From the NCBI GenBank assembly GCA_951406725.2, contig OX597825.1, positions 75,640,001-75,704,000 of the forward strand: a stretch of 64,000 nucleotides of DNA. The letters run 5' to 3'. The stretch's first letter is position 1. Each line of letters starts with the position of its first letter. This document shows positions 22,618-36,087 of this stretch, one piece after another. Source of the stretch: Octopus vulgaris (taxonomy: Eukaryota). Below the pieces are notes generated by a model that saw only the letters and a program-made list of their open reading frames with translations, was not told the origin of the DNA and did no database searches. The translations under genes and the position numbers were made by a program.

Positions 22618-25266
22618 TTCTCAGGTGAGAAACCTGCCCGGGAAGTAAACCCAAGTGCAAGTGCTCCTACCAGCACCAAAAGCCAAAGCCAAAACCATGG
22701 AGATGAAAAGAGCCAAAAAAGAAATAAAAAGGAGGAAAAACTAAAGAAAAACAAAAGATGAAACAGCCAAAGAAGGAAAAACTAAAACTCAAACAAGACC
22801 AAAAGATGAAACAGCCAAGGGATAGAAGCAAACCTGACTATCCATGTACCAAAAAGGATAGAAACAGACAGTGCACACGAATGTGTAAATTCCACCTGAA
22901 AGGTGTCTGCTGGCATGGAGAGGAAGGTGCAGGCTGCCATTTTGCACATCAAAGACCCTGCCACATAAACATGAAACAGGTCAGAAACCAACTACCAAAA
23001 GGGAAAGGAATGGACCACGCACCACCTGCCCCAAAACGGAGGCACGCAGATGTGGTGCATGCTACAAACCGTCAACATGTTATTGAAAGGGCAGCTGCTG
23101 AACGAGAATCTTTTGTGCATGGCACAAAAGATTGTACAGCAGCTAACCTGGCTCCATCAAACTCAAACTCGCAGATGGGACTATCCACAATACACAAGAC
23201 TGCCACAGCAAATAGACCCAAGGTGGACACCGCCGGCAACAGTATACACCTCACCTCGATGCTCCTACTGAACATCAGAGGACTGCTAACACTCAGTAAT
23301 AGGACAAAAATCCCATTCTTGAGAGACTTTGTTGCATGCAATCAAGCCTTATGCATAGCACTTACGGAAACACACCTGAAACTGGACATAGCAGATGCGG
23401 AAATACACATACCACAGTATGTTGTACTACGGACCGACAGAAAAGAAAGGAGTCATGGAGGAGTTGCTATGTACATCCGTGAGGACCTCACACCCCAGGT
23501 CCTTTTGTCATACTCAAATTCGGTGTGTGACACACTAATTGTACATATAAAGCAACTTGGTGTAGTTATATGTGCTACATATCGCCCTCCAGATGCTCCA
23601 AGCCATGTAGGCAAGTTTGAAGACTGCCTTATAAAAATAGAAGAAGTTCTAGTCACATTAGAACAACACATAAGTGTACTTCTTATGGGAGACTTCAATC
23701 TACCCAATGTCAGATGGCCCGAGGGCCTTTCTCTCCCAGGAATGACACAATGTGAACGAGGACAGGCGAGGTCCCTCCTGAACCTCATCAACATTCTGTA
23801 CATGGAGCAAGTAATACTCCAACCAACCAGGGCAGGTAACATACTGGATCTCTGCTTCACCAATAAAATGGATCTCATCCATAATGTGAAAGTGACGCCG
23901 ACACTACTCTCGGATCACAACATGGTAGAGCTGATCCATGCACTCGGCCAAAGGAAAGCATGGACATGCAGCCTACAAGAAACTTCCTCAGAATCTTTCC
24001 AGCTTGAACTTCCATAAGGCAAACTGCAAACAAATTGAGAAAGAGATCCTCAAACAAAACTGACCTGAATGTCTATCTTCACCAGACATCGACATGAAAC
24101 TTCAACAATTCATGTCTGTAATGCAAACCCTATGCTACAAATGTGTCCCAGAGAGAAAGGCCACTGTACACAAGAGCAAAATCCCCAGAGAGAGGAAAAT
24201 TTAATGAGACGGCGTACAAAAGTTTTCAAATCGCCTAAACAAACAAATTGAAAGCGGTGAAAAGTCCCACCTGAAAATAAAACTGTTGGAAATTGAAAAA
24301 TGTCTGCAACTCTCCCATGAAAAAAGAAAGAGCAGACAAAGAAGCCTGGGCTATTGACAACATAAAATCTAACCCCAGAGCTTTCTACAGGTATGCCAAA
24401 GAAACAGCTACAGTGCACTGTAGAGATATGGCCACTCCTTGAAAAGGATGGCACACTCACAGGAAATCCAATGAGGGTAAGTGAAATACTAAATGAGCAA
24501 TTCAAGAGTATTTTCACTCCACCCCTAGGGATATTTTCATGTCAGCAATCCAACTGACTTCTTTACCACTGCAGATATAAAATCAGAGGCAGTGATGATT
24601 GATTACATCAATATAAAGGAAGACGATGTAATAAAGGCTATTGATGAAATGAAAACAAACTCAGCTACTGGCCCCGATGGATTCCCAGCAATCCTTCTAA
24701 AAGTATGCCAAGAGAGTCCTAGCAAGACCACTGCAGTTCCTCTCTCAGAGCTTCCTTGCAACTGGCAAACTTCCAAGAAAACTGAAGGAAGGTAAAATAT
24801 GCCCTATTCATAAAGGAGGTAGCAGAGTGGAGGCCCAGAACTACAGACCTATCTCTCTGACCTCACACATCAGCAAGGTCATGGAACAAATAGTCAGAAG
24901 GAAACTAATCACCTTCCTTGAAGAAAATGACTTGCTGCCTGACACCCAACATGGTTTCTGACCAGGCAGAAGCTGCTTAACTCAGCTCCTACAACACTAT
25001 GACTGGGTGTTGAAATGACTGCTCAACCACTCAAATGTGGAGTCATATATCTCGGCTTTGCAAAGGCCTTTGATGAAGTCGATCATGGAATGATTTGTCA
25101 CAAACTGCGTGATCTTGGCATAGTTGGAAAATTGGGAGAATGGCTTCATGACTTTCTGAAGGATAGAAGTCAGGTGGTAGTAGCCAAAGAGGCCACTTCC
25201 ATTAACATGCAAATAGTGAGCGGTGTTCCGCAAGGCACTGTTTTGGGACCACTACTGTTCCTAATG
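22618..25266 (+). mobile_element. CR1/L2-group LINE (family B, CCCH finger-APE-RT), cut by the gap, frameshifted
   Basis: CKFHLKGVCWHGEEGAGCHFAH; LNIRGL, TETHL, YRPP, GDFN, SDH; FAKAFD, GVPQGTVLGPLLF. Confidence 0.88.
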
Positions 25267-25366
25267 NNNNNNNNNNNNNNNNNNNNNNNNNNNNNNNNNN
25301 NNNNNNNNNNNNNNNNNNNNNNNNNNNNNNNNNNNNNNNNNNNNNNNNNNNNNNNNNNNNNNNNNN
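25267..25366. other. Assembly gap (100 N)
   Basis: Run of 100 n characters. Confidence 1.
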
Positions 25367-25584
25367 CAGCCAAAAAAGTTTTTTTGCCATTTCCACTACT
25401 TAAAGAAAATTTCTCTCAGATAATGTTTACTCAAAATAACTCACGAAGGTATGGAGGTAAAAACAGAAAAATATCACAAGTACAAAGATTATTTGAGAAC
25501 GTTAACGTTTCTAGATTAGCCAAATAAACTCAGCATTTCTTTCGTCAGCTCAACATTTCTTATTTTGGATTTGGAAGCACTAAA

Positions 25585-25934
25585 AAGAAAGAACATACAC
25601 ACACATACATATACATATACATATACATATATATACATATATATACACATACCCATGTACGTACACACAGATACACATATACATACATATATGTATACAT
25701 ATATGCATTTGTATATATATGTGCGAGTGGGTATACATATATGTATGTATATGTATGTATATGTGTATCTTTGTGTACGTACATGGGTATGTGTATATAT
25801 ATGTATATATATGTATATGTATATGTATATGTATGTGTGTGTATGTATATATATATGTATGTATATGTGGGTATGTATGTACATGTATAGATATATGTGA
25901 ATATGCGGGTGTATATATGTGTATATATATATAT
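25585..25934. repeat. Quasi-palindromic (CA/TA)n-(TG/TA)n microsatellite block
   Basis: 25590-25690 is roughly the reverse complement of 25740-25845. Confidence 0.8.
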
Positions 25935-27412
25935 AAGGAGTAGTTTATAGAGCCAAGGTGCAAGTGGAAGGCTCATCGGAATACAAGACATACACAGGGG
26001 CTTCAGAAAATTCATTTAAAACAAGATTTTATTCTCATAAGAATTCTTTTAAATACCCAGAGAATAGAAAGAAAACCAGCCTAGCAAAATATGTCTGGGA
26101 ACTAAAAAGAAAAGGAAGCCCCACCTTTCAACGTGACATGGAGCATTCTGGACAGGGTGGCACCATACAGGCATGGAGCTTACAAATATAATTTCAAGTG
26201 CAGGCTTTGCTTATTAGAAAAAATGCATATATTATTCAAAGACAATAATTCTTTGAATCAAAGAAGTGAATTAATGAACTTATGTAGGCACAAGGCTAAA
26301 TTTAAAATGTCGAATATAAATATACCATATGGATAGAGTATATATTTTGTATTTTGATTTTTTGATTTTGATTTTGACTCTTGAGCGCTACAACGGACCT
26401 ATAGCAAAGTCTTATTGTTTCTACATATATATTAGGAAAAACCTACAAACTTTGTTTTCATGTTATTGTATTGCATAAGATTACCTTGATTATTTATATT
26501 ACCTTGATTATTTATAAATGACCCAAAATAGGATGTTATATTTTATTTTATAGGTCTTTCGTATATATTTTTATTAATGCACCCATTTTTTAAAAGCAAT
26601 GTTTTTTTATAAAAAAAGCAATGTTGTCAAATTTAGAATGTTTATATAAGTTTGTGTATAGCAAAGCATATGTATTTGTAAGCATGCGTATCTGTGTATG
26701 TGTGAGTGAAAGTATGCTTGTGCTTAAGCACACATATACACGACGGTATGTATATGTATCAATTCAAACTTGTGTATGTATACAGGCCTCTATAGATGCC
26801 AAATAACATCGCTACAATTTTTTTCCCCACCCCTCCTCCGTTCCTTTTTCTCTCTTTCCCTTTCTTTCGTTCCCCCTCCTTGCTCAGTATATGAGAATTG
26901 CTACATAGATGAATTTTAGCTTGCGTGCGAGACGGTTTGCGTGAATATATGTACACATGCTTTTATGTGTATAATTTAGATTCATATTCATACGTCTGTA
27001 TATGTATGTATGGCGTTTACGCGCATCCTTTTGTGTATGTTGATATATATATGTGGATTTTAATATAAATATGTATTGCAGTATTTATAACAGGTTTAAT
27101 TTCTATGCATTAATTTGTACTGTCTTCATTAACGGCAACAGGTTTTTTCCTCGGTATTTTCCTCGGATTTTATAATTTTTATAAGTTTTTATATATATAT
27201 ACATATATTTTTGACCTTTTTGTTTATCGCTCGAAGATTGACCGTTTTTTCTAAAGGGCCAATCAAACAAGTCCATTTCTTTTTAAAGGTGTAGCGTTTG
27301 TAAGAGTATAGATTGAATTAATATATATGTTCCATTCTAGCAAAAACTGTCTGATGAACGGCAACGAGAAACTCAGAGTAACAGATTTTGTTGATTTTTC
27401 TGCTGCATAAAG
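25935..27412 (+). mobile_element. Solo 3' portion (pLTR-like) of a third Penelope-like family, flanked by (TA)n
   Basis: Frameshifted GIY-YIG: GVVYRAKV..KTYTGASENSFKTRFYSHKNSF..WSIL..CRLCLLEK..LNQRSELMNLCRH; long 3' UTR ending in a hammerhead. Confidence 0.85.
27341..27390 (+). ncRNA. Type I hammerhead motif at the Penelope 3' end
   Basis: CAAAAACTGT-CTGATGA-ACG(GCAA)CGA-GAAA-CTC(A)GAG-TA-ACAGATTTTG. Confidence 0.75.
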
Positions 27413-27660
27413 TATATATATATATATATGTAGATGTACAAGTGAGAGTCTCCCTACTTACCTAAAGCTCTATTTTTCTATTTATATTTTTTTATTTTTG
27501 TATTCTTTTATTTATTCTTTTATCTACTTTACCACTGATTCCTTTGACCACTCCCCTAATAATGACAGTTTTGCGCCATGCCTACCCCCAAAAAAGTCCC
27601 CCACCACCACCCATTTAAACCTGCCTAAATGTATAAATGCCAAAACAACTCTTGTCTACT

Positions 27661-27711
27661 AGCTTCCTGATGATTTCTTTTGAATGAAACAGCTCTAGTC
27701 CTGTAGAAGCT
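27661..27711 (+). ncRNA. Type I hammerhead motif
   Basis: AGCTTC-CTGATGA-TTTC(TTTT)GAAT-GAAA-CAG(CTCTAGTC)CTG-TA-GAAGCT. Confidence 0.75.
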
Positions 27712-27724
27712 CCTTCTATAAAAT

Positions 27725-28302
<578 letters not shown>

Positions 28303-29565
28303 TCATCATTATCATCGTCATCGTTTAACATACGCTTTCCATGCTGGCATGGGTTGGACGCTTTGACTACAGACTGGTGATCCAGATGGCTGCACCAGGC
28401 TCCAATCTGATCTGGCAAAGTTTCTACAGCTGGATGCCCTTCCTAATGACAACCACTCCGAGAGTGTAGTGGGTGTTTTTATGTGCTGTTGGCACAAGGT
28501 CCAGTCTGGTGGTACTGGCAATGACCACGCTCAAAGGTGTTTCTTACTTGCCACCTGCACAGGAGCCAGTCTGACGGCACTGACAACAACCACACTTGAA
28601 TGTTGTTTTTCCCATGCCACTGGCACATGTACCAGTAAGTCGATACTGGCAACGATCACGCTTAAATGGTTATTTTTACATGCCACCGGTACAGGAGCCA
28701 GTCAGCAGCTCTGGCAACGATCACACGCGTATGGTGCTTTTAACGTTCCACTGGCACAAGTGCCAATCAGGTGGTACTGCCATCGGCCATGTCAGTGATT
28801 TTGATTTCACTTTCCTCAACAGGTTTTTGCAAGCAAAGTTTATTGTCCAATGAATGAAGGTTACTCATAAGTAGGCTGGGTATACACCACTGCCATAGGC
28901 CATGAGAAATAGTCTCACTTGGCTTGCCGGATCTTCTCAAGCACAGCATATCTCCAAAGGTCTCAGTCACTAGTCATTGCCTTTGTGAGGCTCAATGTTT
29001 GAAGGTCATGCTTCACCATCTCATGTCAGGTCTTCCTGGGTCTACCTCTTCCACAGGTTCCCTCAACAGCTGTCCTCATCCATTTGCAACACATGACTAT
29101 ACCAGCACAGTCGTCTCTCTTGCACACCATATATGATGCTTCTTAAGTACAACTTTTCTCTCAGGGCACTTGCACTCTGTCATGTATGCACACTGATATT
29201 GCACAGCCAGTGGAGCATACTGGCTTCATTCCTTGCAAGCTTATGCATGTCCTCAGCATTCACGGCCCATGTATCATGGCTATTCATACACATGAATCAT
29301 ACAGTCTACCTTTTACTCTGAGCAAGAGGCCCTTTGTCACTAGCAGAGGTAGGATCTGTCTGAACTTTGCCCAAGCTATCCTTACTCTAGCACCTACTCT
29401 TTCACAGCATCCACCTCCCACTACTGACTTGGTCACCTAGGTAATGGAAGCTATCAACTACTAGTTTTTCTCCCTGGAATGTGGCAGAAGTTGTTCTCTG
29501 CACATTTTCAGTGTTTATTGCTCCTGAGCATCTACCACATACAAAAACTGTCTCCCCAGTTAGTA
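28303..29565 (-). mobile_element. RTE-clade LINE 3' fragment with (GAT)n tail
   Basis: Homologous to 7270-8520; FVCGRCSGAINTEN..VDSFHYLGDQVS peptide. Confidence 0.8.
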
Positions 29566-29734
29566 TTTGGTCTTGATAGCCATTCATAACTGCCTCAACA
29601 AGTTGGCATAGTACTCTCCATTGATGGTGTGGCCCTTTTGAAGACAGTCTCTGACTCAAAGCAGTAAAGTCAAGATTTCACGGCTCTAGCATCACTACTG
29701 CATAGACAGACTATGGATTTCAACCCACCTTCAT

Positions 29735-29827
29735 AGCAGAAGACACTTGTCCAAGGTGCCATGTTGTGGGACTGAACCCAAAATCATGCAGTTGGCAAAC
29801 TTCTTACCATACTGCCACATCTGTGCT
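29735..29827 (-). mobile_element. SINE 5' fragment
   Basis: Reverse complement of the SINE head seen at 63848-63940. Confidence 0.65.
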
Positions 29828-30030
29828 CAGACAACCCATTCTACAAGTCCTAAATAATGGGATAAGTTATGTGTGCCTTGGATGAATGGTATAAATGCAT
29901 AATTTAGTATTTTGTTATATTTTGGAATGGTCATATTGCCAGTTTAGCCAATGAAAACACACGCACTATATATTTGGTGTTATTTTGCTTCAGTGATATT
30001 TATTTTTTACATTAATCTTAATCTTATTTC

Positions 30031-30074
30031 GGCCAGAGTTCTTTCGTCACACTCCTGTGACCGCATCAGTGGTC
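30031..30074 (-). ncRNA. Minimal hammerhead-like motif in the left Penelope arm
   Basis: Reverse complement of 4878-4921 with one stem I mismatch (TGGCC). Confidence 0.55.
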
Positions 30075-30500
30075 CTTTGTTTTCTTCTTTCGTATTTGTG
30101 TCTCTCCTTACTAACAGTCAGCCATTTTGTATTTCTATTGTATGTCTTCATTTGCGCATGCTTATATCTCTATATGCGTCTATGTTTATTTAGTGTGTGT
30201 GTGGGGGGATGCCTGTAATATTTGTATCTTCTGTTTATATACATTCATGTAATTTGTATTTTGTTTTTGTTGTTGTTGCTTTTGTTCTAATTTTGTTCAT
30301 GTGTTTACATCCACCCAATATTATCATTACATATGCTTGTATGTATGTATAACAACAATATTAGTAATAATAAAAATAAATCTAATCGAAAAAAAAATAT
30401 ATACACATATATATATACTCATATACATATACATATATATATATATATATACATATATACACATATATACATACATATACATACATATATACATAGATAC

Positions 30501-30545
<45 letters not shown>

Positions 30546-31524
30546 CATATACATACATATATACATACATAGATACATATACATATATATAGTTATTCAT
30601 TTCTATTTGTTTATTTATCTGTGTATTTATTATGTTTTTGGTATCCTCTATCGTCATATGTTGTGGTGTGTGCTATTGCTCCATTCTAGTTTTCTATTCA
30701 GGCTAGGTTTATTTTCTATTATATGTGTAGCCTCTGTAATTTGTCTAATTGTTGCATCTGCTCTATGTGTGGACAATTTCTTAATCTCTATGTTATTGAT
30801 TGATCCCCCGTGTTCCTGTTCGGCGTGTTGGTACAGAATCGATGAGCTTTTACCTTCCTTGAGTTGTCTCCAATGTACATTCACCCGCTTTCCTATGCTT
30901 CTTGCCGTTTCCCCTACGTATGTTATTGTCTTGTTACTGCATCATCCCTCTATACATCTTATACTATAGACTACATTTCTGGCTTTACAGTTTGTTTGTG
31001 GGCTAAATCTACATACAGTGCAATAGTTATCCGTACAGGGGGTTCTACTAAAAGGATAGGTTCTACCAATTATAGATTTGATAGGGTTGCCTGGCTTTTC
31101 AACAACCTTAATTCTTAGTTTAAGTTTATCTAGGGTCCTTCTAAAGTGGTACGCCAGTTCACCTCCAGGGGTGGTGTCAACGAACATGACACTCTGGTAT
31201 TTATGGCTATCATACCAAGTGTTGGCCTTCCCTATTTTCTTTTTGTCCTTTCTATAGTGTTCCATGACTTGTTCCTATAGAGTGGGCAAATCCCATTCCT
31301 ATCATTACATAATATATTATCAAATTTCTTCATGGCTCCTTTGTATACTCTGATCCTTTCTTTATGGCTGTAACCTGAGAACTGCATGCGGTGAATGAAA
31401 TACTGTATGTGTCTCTTTAATTCTGTAGGCTCGCACATGCGTGACACATTTCTCATTATTCTGACGAGGTCTGCCATCAAAATATTGAATTTGGCATTGC
31501 CCGCAATGGCTGAGTTCCGGTGGA

Positions 31525-33987
31525 TCAGGTATTTTGAGGCCATAGGTTTGGCATAGTAAGGATTTGGGTTTTATTTTTCACAATTTCTAGCCAGAGTTCA
31601 GTGTCTAGTACTGGTAGTCTATGGTTGGGGTGTTTAGTGAGGTAGTCTATTGTGACCTTAATACTCTGGTGGATGGAGTTAGCTATTTGCTGGATGCTCT
31701 CCATAGTGTTAGTTTCTATTACTATATCAACATTACTCTCTTGTGGGGGTGCCTTTACCACTATGTTGATATCATCAACATAGCGAGAGTACATGTTTAC
31801 GAGTATGGATTTTTGCAGTAGGCGTTCTTTAAGCCTTCTGTTCCACCATACCATGAAAAGGTTGGCCACATCACCAGCGATACTAACACCGATGGCTGCC
31901 CCCTCGTCCTGGGCATATACTTTATTATTAAATTTAAACGTGTGGCCTTTTAGGGTAACTCTTATACTAGCTCCTAGTGCATGTGCGATCATTTTCTTTA
32001 CCTGATGGACATTTGCGGGGCTCCATATGGCTCTGGTCCATCCGCGCCATCTTTCTATATGAGTCTTCCTAGCCATAGAAGTAATTGTAGGCAGTCTACC
32101 TCTTAAACATCTACTGGGGCAGAAACTACTATGATTATGTTTATCTAAGTATTCATTATTACATGTCAGTCTAAGTAGGAGGCCCAGTTCTTCTGTGTTG
32201 ACATTACAGAACTCCACCTGGCTCTCGTTGATCATCTCCATGCACTTCTCCACTGCAAAATCTACGTCAATCGATGGGTATAGGGATACCACATCCATGC
32301 TACCTACTATACATCCTGTCAAGTCACAAGTTTTGTTACAGTCACTGATCCTGCTTAGGAGATCTTCTGTGCTGTCACACACATCAGGTGACATCCTGAT
32401 TATAGGGCGTATGATCATTGAGAGGAAGTAGGAGATTCTGTAATTGCTAGCGATATTCGCTCCACAGACTGGTCTTGTTGGTGGTCCTGCTATAGGGTCA
32501 GTAAAAACTTTATGGTCCTTGCGAAGTCCATACAGTGCCGGGATATCATTGTTCCAGGCTTGGAAATTATTCGCAGTACGTTTCTGGGGTCCCAGAACAA
32601 TTGTCCACATCATCATGTGGGCATTGAGGACCTTTTCCCTCTCCTCATGCGCCTGTACAGTTGTTATTTTTGTATTGGCGATATGAGGTTGCATTGCCTG
32701 GATGTAGTTTGGTAAGCTGTCTATTGACATCCTGCCGGACTTATCTGTGGGAAGGCATATCACCTCTCTGTTCCTCGTGCGCTGAATGAGCTTCTGTAGG
32801 CCACATGCAGGTTTAATCCTGAGTTGTTGGGCATCTGTCTTATTCTGTCTCTGTCTCTTAATGTATAATCCTAAAATCTGTCTAAGTTTGGTCCTAGCTA
32901 TAGTGAACTGTGCTTCCATATGGTCATTAGTACGTCTTGGGATGTATACTCTTTTGTTGAAGGGTAATGTTGTTGGATAAATCCGGTTCATGCAGTAAGT
33001 TTTGTCACATACGTTGAAGAATTGAGTGTCAAAGGGATGGGTATACATGTCAATGGTCTTTCTAGGGTTATCTTCATTATCGTTACTGTTTCCAACATCA
33101 GCCTTCCTATTATTATTATCACCATTACCACTACTACTAGTATTCCTATTACCACCACAACTATCACTACTATCCTCATTACTACTTCTACTGTTACCAT
33201 CACCACTACTACTACCACTATTATTGTTATTACCTTTATTCCTACCATTGCCATTATTACTATCATCGCTAGTGATATTTTCATTGTTCCTGTTTCTGGT
33301 ATATGTGTTGTTTATATTAGTGTTGGGTTTTATGTCTGTCTGTTGGTCCCTGTCATTCCCCCTGTTGTGGTTGTTATTTTTGCTCCTATGAGTATTGTTA
33401 TCTGTTTCAAGTCTGCTGACTCCCTGTCCAAGGATTCTGTTGTATTCAACTTTATTCTCCATCGTGACCCCCATGACACAACTTTTATTCGTGTCTTTGT
33501 GACAATGGTTATCTGTGTGTGTGTTTGTGTGTCGGTTCTCCCTATAATTGTTGTTGTTGTTGCTGTTGTATACGATTTTTTTTTCTCTGTTTGTGTTTTT
33601 GTTTTTGTATCTATTGCTTGTGTCTATGCATTCATTTTTTCTATTTTTGTTGTTGTTGCCGCTGTTAGGGTTCGTGTTGCTTTTGTTGCTACGGTTGTTA
33701 TTGCTGCGGTCATTATTGTTTGTGTTGTTGTTGCTGCGGTTAGTGTTTTTCGCGTTGGTGTTGTTGTCGTAAGTGTTGTTTTCATTGTATCTATTTAAAT
33801 TCCAACGTAGTTTTGTGAACGACTTTTCAATCGCGGACAGGCATTTGATGGTATTCACCTTACTATACACTGCATACTTTGGTGGTAGTTGAAGTATCGA
33901 TATTTCATCTGGGTCCGTTGTTACTCCCCCATAGATGTTCGCTTCATTGTCTTTATTGAACTCTTCTGGTAGTAGCACATCTTCCAT
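31525..33987 (-). CDS. Penelope-like RT with Asn-rich insert (copy 2)
   Basis: 820 aa, identical to 941-3403 except DYP>DYL. Confidence 0.9.
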   Translation of the reverse strand: MEDVLLPEEFNKDNEANIYGGVTTDPDEISILQLPPKYAVYSKVNTIKCLSAIEKSFTKLRWNLNRYNENNTYDNNTNAKNTNRSNNNTNNNDRSNNNRSNKSNTNPNSGNNNKNRKNECIDTSNRYKNKNTNREKKIVYNSNNNNNYRENRHTNTHTDNHCHKDTNKSCVMGVTMENKVEYNRILGQGVSRLETDNNTHRSKNNNHNRGNDRDQQTDIKPNTNINNTYTRNRNNENITSDDSNNGNGRNKGNNNNSGSSSGDGNSRSSNEDSSDSCGGNRNTSSSGNGDNNNRKADVGNSNDNEDNPRKTIDMYTHPFDTQFFNVCDKTYCMNRIYPTTLPFNKRVYIPRRTNDHMEAQFTIARTKLRQILGLYIKRQRQNKTDAQQLRIKPACGLQKLIQRTRNREVICLPTDKSGRMSIDSLPNYIQAMQPHIANTKITTVQAHEEREKVLNAHMMMWTIVLGPQKRTANNFQAWNNDIPALYGLRKDHKVFTDPIAGPPTRPVCGANIASNYRISYFLSMIIRPIIRMSPDVCDSTEDLLSRISDCNKTCDLTGCIVGSMDVVSLYPSIDVDFAVEKCMEMINESQVEFCNVNTEELGLLLRLTCNNEYLDKHNHSSFCPSRCLRGRLPTITSMARKTHIERWRGWTRAIWSPANVHQVKKMIAHALGASIRVTLKGHTFKFNNKVYAQDEGAAIGVSIAGDVANLFMVWWNRRLKERLLQKSILVNMYSRYVDDINIVVKAPPQESNVDIVIETNTMESIQQIANSIHQSIKVTIDYLTKHPNHRLPVLDTELWLEIVKNKTQILTMPNLWPQNT

Positions 33988-34961
33988 AATAATTCCATTT
34001 ATTGTATCTGGATACTTCTGCTTTTCTTCCTTTGCGTCAGAATAATGAGAAATGTGTCACGCATGTGCGAGCCTACAGAATTAAAGAGACACATACAGTA
34101 TTTCATTCACCGCATGCAGTTCTCAGGTTACAGCCATAAAGAAAGGATCAGAGTATACAAAGGAGCCATGAAGAAATTTGATAATATATTATGTAATGAT
34201 AGGAATGGGATTTGCCCACTCTATAGGAACAAGTCATGGAACACTATAGAAAGGACAAAAAAGAAAATAGGGAAGGCCAACACTTGGTATGATAGCCATA
34301 AATACCAGAGTGTCATGTTCGTTGACACCACCCCTGGAGGTGAACTGGCGTACCGCTTTAGAAGGACCCTAGATAAACTTAAACTAAGAATTAAGGTTGT
34401 TGAAAAGCCAGGCAACCCTATCAAATCTATAATTGGTAGAACCTATCCTTTTAGTAGAACCCCTGTACGGATAACTATTGCACTGTATGTAGATTTAGCC
34501 CACAAACAAACTGTAAAGCCAGAAATGTAGTCTATAGTATAAGATGTATAGAGGGACGATGCAGTAACAAGACAATAACATACGTAGGGGAAACGGCAAG
34601 AAGCATAGGAGAGCGGGTGAATGTACATTGGAGACAACTCAAGGAAGGTAAAAGCTCATCGATTCTGTACCAACACGCCGAACAGGAACACGGGGGATCA
34701 ATCAATAACATAGAGATTAAGATATTGTCCACACATAGAGCAGATGCAACAATTAGACAAATTACAGAGGCTACACATATAATAGAAAATAAACCTAGCC
34801 TGAATAGAAAACTAGAATGGAGCAATAGCACACACCACAACATATGACGATAGAGGATACCAAAAACATAATAAATACACAGATTAATAAACAAATAGAA
34901 ATGAATAACTATATATATGTATATGTATCTATGTATATATGTATGTATGTGTATGTATATG

Positions 34962-35012
<51 letters not shown>

Positions 35013-35101
35013 CTATGTATATATGTATGTATATGTATGTATATATGTGTATATATGTATATATATATATATATATATATGTATATGTATATGTGTATAT
35101 A

Positions 35102-35669
35102 TCTCTCTATATATAAACGGCAGTTTGTCTGTGCGTGTTTCTGTGTGTCTGTTTTCTCGTACCCTCACCCTGACCACGGCTTTCAACCGATTCTGATGAA
35201 ACTTGACACACACATAGCCCAATGTCATAATTCAAAACTAACGCAGCGAAAATTTTGAAAAGTTAACCCCAGTTCTGAAAATCTCTCTATATATAAACGG
35301 CAGTTTGTCTGTGCGTGTTTCTGTGTGTCTGTTTTCTCGTACCCTCACCCTGACCACGGCTTTCAACCGATTCTGATGAAACTTGACACACACATAGCCC
35401 AATGTCATAATTCAAAACTAACGCAGCGAAAATTTTGAAAAGTTAACCCCAGTTCTGAAAAATCGATAAATTCGACATGGGGTCGAGAATCAAAAAAAAA
35501 ACAAACCACAGACTGTCTAGGGGACGCAACTCAACCTTTTTTTACTCTCAAAAAAAAATTTACCATAATTTTTTTTCCATTTTTTTGCTATTTTTTGGCT
35601 ATAACTCTCTAAAAATGCTTTATAGTTATTTCCCTTACAAACCTGAGCAACGCCGGGCGATACTGCTAG
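35102..35669 (+). mobile_element. Non-autonomous Helitron-like element with duplicated 180-bp 5' segment, specific to copy 2
   Basis: A|TC start, CCTGAGCAACGCCGGG hairpin, CTAG|T end, no TSD. 35101-35280 equals 35281-35460. Absent at the equivalent site near 4503. Confidence 0.85.
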
Positions 35670-36043
35670 TATGTGTATATATATGTGTATATATTTTTTT
35701 TTCGATTAGATTTTCTTTTTTTTTTTTCGATTAGATTTATTTTTATTATTACTAATATTGTTGTTATACATACATACAAGCATATGTAATGATAATATTG
35801 GGTGGATGTAAACACATGAACAAAATTAGAACAAAAGCAACAACAACAAAAACAAAATACAAATTACATGAATGTATATAAACAGAAGATACAAATATTA
35901 CAGGCATCCCCCACACACACACACTAAAATAAACATAGACGCACATAGAGATATAAGCATGCGCAAATGAAGACATACAATAGAAATACAAAATGGCTGA
36001 CGGTTAGTAAGGAGAGACACAAATACAAAAGAAGAAAACAAAG

Positions 36044-36087
36044 GACCACTGATGCGGTCACAGGAGTGTGACGAAAGAACTCTGGTC
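36044..36087 (+). ncRNA. Minimal hammerhead-like motif in the right Penelope arm (copy 2)
   Basis: Identical to 4878-4921. Confidence 0.65.

Larger units (their letters stand above)
1..25266. repeat. Large duplicated segment, copy 1 (pairs with ~30586-54939)
   Basis: Colinear near-identity throughout; for example the 820-aa ORFs at 941-3403 and 31525-33987 differ by one residue. Copy 1 ends at the N gap. Confidence 0.97.

Noticed and set aside
21999-22761. Long YI/MY/VC-rich ORFs (also at 4260-4650, 25516-26015, 27615-28418, 51787-52339)
   Set aside because: These are translations of stop-free TA/TG microsatellites.
35190-35205. CTGATGAAAC in the Helitron-like element
   Set aside because: There is no room for stem II; a chance match.
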